Positions 56,959 through 64,000 of a stretch of 64,000 bases of DNA are shown here, piece by piece (positions within the stretch are counted from its first letter, which is position 1; each line of letters starts with the position of its first letter). Where the stretch lies: positions 1 to 64,000 of IMG/VR virus record IMGVR_UViG_3300010356_002872; one strand, 5' to 3'. The notes below the pieces were generated by a model. The model did not search any database. It was given only the letters and a program-made list of their open reading frames with translations, and had not been told where the DNA came from. The position numbers and the translations under genes are program-made. The stretch is from a virus. Its lineage: Duplodnaviria; Caudoviricetes.

Positions 56959-58251
56959 ATGGGTCTTTTTACGGATGAATCATATGAGAACGCTGCGAAG
57001 ACAATGAACGATTGCCAGAAGAAAGCGTTCGATAAATTATGTGACACAAATGACAATATATTTCTTACCGGAGGCGCCGGGACTGGAAAGAGCTACGTTC
57101 TGAAACACTTTAGAGATTTGAGCCATGAATACGGCGATTTTGTGCCCGTGGCCGCCAGCACGGGGGCCGCTGCGATTCTTGTGGGGGGTCAGACGTTTCA
57201 TAGGATGTTTGGTCTGGGGGTCGCCTCTGACGTCACGTCTGCTGTAACGGTCGCGCTCCAAAAACCCTCAGTTATTAGGCGTCTTCAGAGTATCGACACA
57301 CTTGTCATCGATGAAGTATCCATGTTGCCAGACTACGCGATTACTGCAGCCGAGAGGGTAGCCTACTTAGCTAGGAAGATCGATGCGCCGTGGGGAGGGA
57401 TCCGAATTATAGCTGTGGGGGATTTTAGGCAGCTGCCCCCTGTCAGTAAAGGCTATGGGCCAAGGCCGTGGGCGTTTCTTAGTGAGGCATGGAAGGAGTC
57501 GAACTTCCGGTGTGCCATGCTGAAAACCCCGGTCCGCTCCATTGACCCAGAGTTCGTCAAGATCCTTCACGATGCGAGGGTCGGTAACAAGACCGATAGG
57601 TTTGTGGCCTTTCTCGCAAAGCGCTCCATCTCAAAGTCAAACAAAGAGGACATCCCGAGGATATACGGAAAGAGAGAGCAGGTTGATCAGCATAACAACC
57701 TCAAGCTATCTGCTATATCCCATGCGGAGCAATACTTTGAAACGAAGTACGGGGGGATCGACTCCTCTGTGGCCCTTCTCAGAAAAGAAGCTCCCATCCC
57801 GGAGGTTCTCGTCCTTAAGATCGGGGCTTTTGTGATGCTGAGAAACAATGACTCTGAGGGTAGGTGGGTCAACGGGACTACAGGGTTTGTTACCTCTATC
57901 CGCCCAGGTCAGATCCAGGTTCGGCTTTCTTCAGGGCCAGTCGTTGAAGTTGAGGAGGCTCTTTTCATGCACACAGATGAAAAGGGCAACACCCTTGCTA
58001 CAGCCACAAACTACCCCCTTAGCCTTGCCTGGGCCACGACAATCCATAAAAGCCAAGGGGCTACGTTTGACGAGGCTGTGATAGATCTGTCTTCCATCTG
58101 GGAGCCCGGTCAGCTCTACGTGGCTCTTAGCCGTGTTAGAAGGCCCGAGGGGGTGCACATTTTGAACTGGAACAAAGGGGCGGCGCTGAAGGTCGATCAT
58201 AGGGTTACAGAGTTTCACCTAGAGATGCTTGAGGGGATGAAAAATGACTGA
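56959..58251 (+). CDS. PIF1-like SF1B helicase
   Basis: TGGAGTGKS, IDEVSM, GDFRQLPPV, TIHKSQG and YVALSR motifs. Confidence 0.92.
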   Translation: MGLFTDESYENAAKTMNDCQKKAFDKLCDTNDNIFLTGGAGTGKSYVLKHFRDLSHEYGDFVPVAASTGAAAILVGGQTFHRMFGLGVASDVTSAVTVALQKPSVIRRLQSIDTLVIDEVSMLPDYAITAAERVAYLARKIDAPWGGIRIIAVGDFRQLPPVSKGYGPRPWAFLSEAWKESNFRCAMLKTPVRSIDPEFVKILHDARVGNKTDRFVAFLAKRSISKSNKEDIPRIYGKREQVDQHNNLKLSAISHAEQYFETKYGGIDSSVALLRKEAPIPEVLVLKIGAFVMLRNNDSEGRWVNGTTGFVTSIRPGQIQVRLSSGPVVEVEEALFMHTDEKGNTLATATNYPLSLAWATTIHKSQGATFDEAVIDLSSIWEPGQLYVALSRVRRPEGVHILNWNKGAALKVDHRVTEFHLEMLEGMKND

Positions 58252-59494
58252 AAACAAAAAAGAAAGATACAAGGTTGTGTGGTTTAAAGTAGCAGGCTAT
58301 AACATAGAGGGTATGGTAACAAAGGAACACAAGGGATGGGTGACCATCAAGACGTTTATAAGCGGTAACCTCTACCGACGTAAAAAGAAGAATGTGATGA
58401 CCCGCTCACAGTTTGAAAGCTATCAGCTAAGGAGCGGACTAAATAGGAGGGAGTACGTGTGGTAGACAAAAAGGGTACTATACCGGTAAACGTGGCATCG
58501 ATGGTTTCATGGCTTAAGCAGCAGCCAGAGGGGACATTTCTTCAGGTTATTAACGTTCAGGTGGAAGGGGTTTCGTTTCTGTGGAACAAAGCAACAAACC
58601 AAACATACCTCGTCCACGAAAAGAAGGAAGACTCATCCGATTTGAAGAAATCAGATCTTTGATCCGAGAGAAAAAGATCGAGTGGATGAAGGACGGGGAG
58701 AAAGCTTACATGCATGGAGACCCTCGTCAGCAGAACTTTTATGACGGGGCAGTCTTTGCAATGGAGGAACTCCTCCTTGAAATTAAAGAGAGGTATGGTG
58801 AATCATGATCAGGATTTTTTTACTGTGCCTTGTGGCCTCTTCTTGTAGCGATAACTTGGAGAGGTACCTCATCTCTACGGAGTTCAAAAGAGTTTGTATC
58901 AGTGGTGTTACTTATCTTGTTTTCCAGCGCGGTGTTACAGTGCAGTACGACCGCAATGGTTCTGTCTTAAAATGCAGTACAGCACAGGAGAAAAAGTTAG
59001 GTGAGGAGATATACAAGGAATTTGGTGGCGAAGGTGGGAGAGATCAGCGAAGACGTTAGCCCTATGGGAATGACCATGATCGCTATAGGGGTGTTGATTC
59101 TTTATTCGTACTTCTACTATGGGATGAAAGCAGGACTGTGATGGTTATAGAGAACTTTCTTAAAGAAAATGGGTACCGCCTATTTAAAGACCATCCCTAC
59201 GGGGTCAGGATTAAAGACAAGCTAGACCTATTCCAAAAGTTCTATGACCTCCCGGAGGGGAGGTTTTTTATTAACATCTGGAAGTTTGACAATAGGCCTC
59301 TTCTCTCAAGGGGTATGGTCGCAGATCCTTTTGTCTTTCAGATAGAGATTAACTTCGAGCTGAGTGACAGCAAGAACGCAGAGATTAAGTTTTATTCCTT
59401 TTCAGGAGCTGACCTTCTTAGCAAGCTTGATGACTATGAAGTACAGTGTCTTAAACTTTGGAAACTTTTAAATGGTGTAGGAGAAAAAGTATGA
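58244..59494 (+). CDS. Run of small hypothetical genes (58244-58465, 58459-58662, ~58659-58808, 58805-59059 lipoprotein-like, 59138-59494)
   Basis: Coupled ORFs; ASSC lipobox-like in the ORF at 58805. Confidence 0.5.
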
Positions 59495-59604
59495 GTCTTC
59501 AGGTACTACGAGAGCTACCTCCATCTTTGATCGCTTTTATTGGCTTTGTCATAGGAGTGGTCACAGGTTTTTTAGTTCATGTCATCGTGGAGAAACTCGA
59601 ATAG
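59491..59604 (+). CDS. Small single-TM protein (37 aa)
   Basis: Not in the track; AGGAG RBS, ATGA overlap. Confidence 0.5.
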   Translation: MSLQVLRELPPSLIAFIGFVIGVVTGFLVHVIVEKLE

Positions 59605-59701
59605 TTTACACGTCTTTCTTCCTTCTATCAGGAGTGGCCTTGGGGTACATGGCTGGTCCTTTTATTTACGAACTATTTATTAGAGTCTTAGGAGACATAA
59701 G

Positions 59702-61285
59702 ATGAATCAGTATCTAGACTTGTTGGAATATATTCTAAAAGACGGCGAGAGACGAGAAAACCGCACGGGGATCGATACCATTGGGATCTTTGGGGCGCAG
59801 ATGAGGTTTGACCTAAGCAAGGGGTTTCCCCTTGTTACGACAAAGAAAGTGTTTTGGAAAGGTGTGGTTGAGGAGCTTTTATGGTTCATAAGCGGCTCGA
59901 CAAACGTTAGACCTCTTCAAAATAGAGGCGTCTACTTTTGGGATGAATGGAGTAAAGATGACGGGAGTCTGGGGCCTGTGTATGGGCAGCAGCTCCGGCG
60001 CATCGAACGTATAGAGTTCAAAGAACCGTTGCTCTTTACACCAACGGACCGAGCCGACATCCCAGAGTTCAGTAAAGAGATAGTTATTGACTATAAGAGT
60101 GGCAGCTCTTCCATTCTAGGGCGAGTACTCTCTACTAAAAGCTCCGGCAAAGCCACCGTCATTAAACAGTGTGGGACGAAGTCCAATGGAGGGACGTTTA
60201 TCGTAAAATTCCACGATACAGGAGCAACAAGAGAAGTACCCTACGGACTTTGTAATGAGGCTCTCTCAGACTTTTGGAAACCAACAGTTTGGGGTATTGG
60301 GGTATACGGGGATTATGATACCCAAGACCCTTACTACGATGTCCTCGTTACAACGTGGAGAGATATGATCCGAAGATGCTACTCAAAAGAAACAAAATCG
60401 TATAAATCCTATGGCGGAAAAGGGGTACACGTTTCTCCCCAGTGGCTTGTTTTCTCAAATTTTCAGAGAGATGTGAAAAAAATTCCGGGGTGGGATCTCA
60501 AAAAGTTGTACCCGAGTGAGTACAGTCTAGACAAAGACATGTCGGTGTCTAACCGTTACAGTATTGAAACATGCCGATGGGCAAGTGATGAGGAACAGAG
60601 AGCTAACGGGTGCCAGATAACGCCATTCAGTGCTACGGATCCTGATGGGAACAGGCACAGTTTTTACTCACTTGGTTACTGTGCAAAAACGGGCAATCTC
60701 AACGTTAGTGCAGTCCACCGATGTTTAAACGGATCGCTTCGTTCACATAAGGGGTGGTCTGAATTTTCATATATCTATAGACCACCTAACACTGTACCTA
60801 CCGTGCGAATTGTCGACCAACTCAAAGAGACACTAGCTATGCTCAAGAGTGACCCCACAACTAGGAGGGCCGTAATATCGTTATGGAACCCCGCGCTGAT
60901 CGAAAGAATGGCGTTACCACCATGCCACGGTAACGTAATTCAGTTCTACGTCAGCAAAGGGAAATTATCCTGCCATATGTACCAGAGAAGTGCTGATATG
61001 TTCTTAGGGGTGCCAGTAAATATCGCAAGCTACGCTCTACTAACGCACATGGTAGCCCATGTCACGGGACTTGGCGTGGGTGAGTTTATTCACAGCTTTG
61101 GTGATGCGCACATCTACGTGAACCACTTGGATCAGATAAAGGAACAGATCATAAGAGAGCCTTTCCCTCTACCTGCTGTAGAAATAAACCCTGACAAAAA
61201 AGACATCTTTGATATTGGGTATGACGACATTACGTTGAAAAATTATAAGTTCCACCCACCCATTAAAGGAGAAGTTGCTGTATGA
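59702..61285 (+). CDS. thyA: Thymidylate synthase with an in-frame ~260-aa homing endonuclease insertion
   Basis: RTGIDT, FPLVTTKK, ELLWF, GPVYG, LPPCH, YQRSAD..LGVP.N and GDAHIY.NH motifs. Confidence 0.95.
   Translation: MNQYLDLLEYILKDGERRENRTGIDTIGIFGAQMRFDLSKGFPLVTTKKVFWKGVVEELLWFISGSTNVRPLQNRGVYFWDEWSKDDGSLGPVYGQQLRRIERIEFKEPLLFTPTDRADIPEFSKEIVIDYKSGSSSILGRVLSTKSSGKATVIKQCGTKSNGGTFIVKFHDTGATREVPYGLCNEALSDFWKPTVWGIGVYGDYDTQDPYYDVLVTTWRDMIRRCYSKETKSYKSYGGKGVHVSPQWLVFSNFQRDVKKIPGWDLKKLYPSEYSLDKDMSVSNRYSIETCRWASDEEQRANGCQITPFSATDPDGNRHSFYSLGYCAKTGNLNVSAVHRCLNGSLRSHKGWSEFSYIYRPPNTVPTVRIVDQLKETLAMLKSDPTTRRAVISLWNPALIERMALPPCHGNVIQFYVSKGKLSCHMYQRSADMFLGVPVNIASYALLTHMVAHVTGLGVGEFIHSFGDAHIYVNHLDQIKEQIIREPFPLPAVEINPDKKDIFDIGYDDITLKNYKFHPPIKGEVAV
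60002..60811 (+). mobile_element. HNH-type homing endonuclease plus NUMOD-like DNA-binding module inserted in thyA
   Basis: W..MI.RCY......YGGKG..V...W..F.NF..D......LDKD.....YS..TCRWA....Q..N and F.S....AK......AV..CL.G....HKGW. Confidence 0.75.
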
Positions 61286-61665
61286 AAAATTTTAGTGGGG
61301 ACATCCATGTAGATAGTGGAACTATTCTTATTGGAGACGTCGAGTTACTTAAGTCACTTGGACTCGTCGACCCTAAAGTGACAGGTCGCGTTAAGCCTGG
61401 GGTGTACAGAATACGCCTTGCCGTAGAGTGCTGGAACAACCCCGATATGGACGACATTCTTTTTGCGGATGTCCCTTTTCCATCCGGAGAGGTCTTTATA
61501 GGGGATCCCTGTTACTTCATGCCAAACGATAGGTGGATCACCCTTTTAAAGGAGACAAATCACCTAATGGACCTACCTGTATCAGTTCGTTTGTTCGGTC
61601 CTGGAGGTGACGGGCGATTTCCGTATCGCATGAGCCTTGCGAGGCAGGAAGATGGTAAAAGATAG
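61282..61665 (+). CDS. Hypothetical protein (VDSG / IGDPCY motif)
   Basis: DUF4241-like motifs. Confidence 0.55.
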   Translation: MKNFSGDIHVDSGTILIGDVELLKSLGLVDPKVTGRVKPGVYRIRLAVECWNNPDMDDILFADVPFPSGEVFIGDPCYFMPNDRWITLLKETNHLMDLPVSVRLFGPGGDGRFPYRMSLARQEDGKR

Positions 61666-63484
61666 AACCATTATACATTCTGCCAAGGAGTACGATGAAT
61701 TCCTTGGCGTGGAGGAGCAGATGACAGAAGAAAAGACAGACTACCCCTTAAACTTTTATCAAGCGATAGAAGCAGCGATGGACGGAGCAGTGGTTGAAGA
61801 CATCTATGGTGTAACTATCAGTAGACAGGAAAACCGCTTAGTCTGGGAGAATACGTCGGGAGCTGTAGTCACAAAAAGAGCCACTGCACTGGGATACCGC
61901 ATCCACACACCCGCGCCAAACCCGAAGGTTAAGAGGGCGCAGTACATGGTGTACCAGGAGGGATCTCTTCCACGACCCCTCCCGCATATGTATAAGGACG
62001 ACCAGGAGTTTAAGGAGCACAACCCAACTGTGACTGATTTTGAGCGTATTGAGAGTACAGAGGTGGAGTGTAAGGAATGAGTTACTCAGGAGCTATATTC
62101 TTGTTTTCGTGCGCGCTTCTTATTTTTGTGAGGCATATCCTTCATAAAGATAAGAAGCGCTTACTCGCAGATCTCGACCGTTTAAAACGTTTAAACAAAG
62201 GAGCGAGCATGAATGATGAAAAAAGCTATGTGGATGAAAACGGTGTGCTGCATATCAATCTCGTTAGACACGAAGTAGTTCCACAAGAGATGATACACGT
62301 AACTTTAACGCTGGAAGGGACAGACAGCATGGGCGTAGATGTATCAGGATCATATGCAAGCAACTTTCTAACGAGAGACAAGGACGGCACCCTAGAGCTC
62401 AGAACAGCGTGCTGCAGGTGCTACCCTGATGCTGATGTTGCCACGGAAAAGAATCTTACTGAGCATATAGAGCATCTCAAAGACCTTCTAAAGGAAGCGG
62501 AGGGAGCCTTAGATGAGATTAGGAGCAAGGTCTGAAAGGAGCTGTACGAAGTGCGCCTACTACGGAGAAGAGCATGAGGGTGAATACGGCGGTACACTTG
62601 TCGGGGTGTATTGTCACAAGCCCGGACAAGAGAGGTTTGGAAACCTGAAGACTTTTCCATTTAAAAATAAGAGGCATTGCTTTGTTATAGACTTCTGGCA
62701 CTCAGAGTTCACAGATGAGATAGATGGATCAGAGAAGAGTCTCGATGAGGCGTTTAGGAGGTATAACTTAAAATATCATGACTGATAAACTTTCAGAGAT
62801 TTATTCAGTATTAAAAGATGAATGCCTTGCTTGTTGGGCAATAGAGATCTCGGACATATTTCCAAAATCCTTAAATAGAGAAATCGCAAATAGAGAGCTA
62901 GCGTACTACGGGCACCCTGACTGTCGCTGCAAAGGTGAGAGTGCGAGGAGGCTAAAACTATTTAGGAGTGAACACGACACCAAAGAGCCGAGGGATGACC
63001 AATGATGAAACGACGCCTGTATGGGCTTGTGGCCCTAATGTCTGGGCTGGCCGCGTCTTCTGATATGTTAGATCTTTCGGGAGAAGATCCATCTCCAAGA
63101 GAGAAAACCCCAGAGGAAGTCGAGCGTGAGCGCAGGCTTGGTGAAGAAAAGATGGCTGCCGCTCAGGCCAAGCGAGACAGAAGAGCGGCAAAGCGCCGCA
63201 TTGATAAAGGAGACTAAGGTATGAGATTTTGGGTTAGTTGGTGGACTGCAAATGAGGTTGAAACGCCATTTCAATATTGGGTTTCCGGATTTGACGGTAA
63301 TGATCGCATGTCTTTGTGTGCAGTAATAGATGCGCCAGATAGTAATAAAATTGAAGAAAAACTATCCGAGCTATACCCAGACATGAAGATGAGATTCTGT
63401 GAGGCACGTCCCAGCGATTACGTACCGGGCGACCGGTTTCCGGGGTTCGACCCGCTTATGTGCTCTTTGGGGGAAGAGAAATGA
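61652..63484 (+). CDS. Run of small hypothetical genes (61652-62080, 62077-62535, 62513-62785, 62778-63005, 63002-63217, 63221-63484)
   Basis: Coupled plus-strand ORFs. Confidence 0.5.
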
Positions 63485-63882
63485 ACTCCGAAACTACTAC
63501 TGTTCTCTTAGATTTTTTTGCTCTCTTAGTCTTGTTTCAGGTTAAGCATTTCCTAGCTGATTTCCCCTTACAAGGAAAATATATGTTAGGGAAGTTTAAA
63601 GGCGGTTGGGGGTGGGTACTTCCTTTAACTGCACATGCACTCGTTCACGCTACTTTTACCGCACTGATCTGCTTTTGGTTCTCAGACCTTACGAAGATGT
63701 GGTTCTTACCAGTTATCGACTTCACTGTTCACTTCGTGCAAGACCGGATAAAAGCATCCCCAAATCTTTTGGGCCGATGGAAACCTGACAGCAAGTATTT
63801 TTGGTGGGCTTTAGGGCAAGATCAGATGGTGCACCATTTAACGCACTATTACATAATTTGGATTCTTTTAATATGGGGGTAG
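63481..63882 (+). CDS. DUF3307-like membrane protein
   Basis: H..ADF.LQ...H...H...H...D..K...DQ..H. Confidence 0.7.
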   Translation: MNSETTTVLLDFFALLVLFQVKHFLADFPLQGKYMLGKFKGGWGWVLPLTAHALVHATFTALICFWFSDLTKMWFLPVIDFTVHFVQDRIKASPNLLGRWKPDSKYFWWALGQDQMVHHLTHYYIIWILLIWG

Positions 63883-63886
63883 TAGG

Positions 63887-64000
63887 ATGAGAATTAGCGC
63901 ACCGAAACGTAGGGCTTGCACCCGATGTGGCGTACCCAGAGCCGTGATGATTAAAGGACAGCTTCAACTTCCTGATATTGCGTATAGCTTGAGATGGCTC
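63887..64000 (+). CDS. Partial hypothetical protein running off the right edge
   Basis: MRISAPKRRACTRCG..., open to the end of the window. Confidence 0.4.
   Translation, partial: MRISAPKRRACTRCGVPRAVMIKGQLQLPDIAYSLRWL

Noticed and set aside
60002-60811. Canonical intein in ThyA
   Set aside because: No Cys/Ser at the insert start, no TxxH block and no terminal His-Asn followed by C/S/T
1-64000. Alternative genetic code (stop-codon reassignment)
   Set aside because: Conserved genes are full length under the standard code, and TAA, TAG and TGA all end genes

Overview
This window looks like part of a large contractile-tailed (myovirus-like) dsDNA phage genome using the standard genetic code. 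Bases 1-21221 (minus strand) are a tightly coupled tail/baseplate operon: tail chaperones with a -1 frameshift site, tape measure, lytic transglycosylase, hub, gp25-like and baseplate-J-like proteins and fibres. A sigma-70-family factor and three small proteins sharing an AFWxGFxKKA motif sit inside this operon. Bases 21271-64000 (plus strand) carry replication, recombination and nucleotide-metabolism genes: SNF2 helicase, AEP primase-helicase, SbcC/Rad50-like ATPase, DnaN clamp, SSB, PIF1-like helicase, PD-(D/E)XK nucleases, dNMP kinase, dUTPase, an NDK-like protein and ThyA. This arm also has host-interaction genes (DnaJ, a CheY-like receiver, lipoproteins) and many small ORFs. A 1-kb non-coding region (31712-32724) has 133-bp tandem repeats with IHF-consensus sites and an origin-like iteron/TA core. 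The most unusual observations are: (1) a homing-endonuclease module inserted in frame into ThyA with no intein or intron signature; (2) a recurrent GGTATAAGA promoter followed by a 5' hairpin and U-tract; (3) the shared AFWxGFxKKA tag on unrelated domains (WYL-like, HiPIP-like) in the virion operon; (4) a second candidate recoding site in the transglycosylase gene; (5) several candidate structured small RNAs. All family calls come from motif recognition by eye; no database searches were run. A Bdellovibrionota-like host is a tentative inference.
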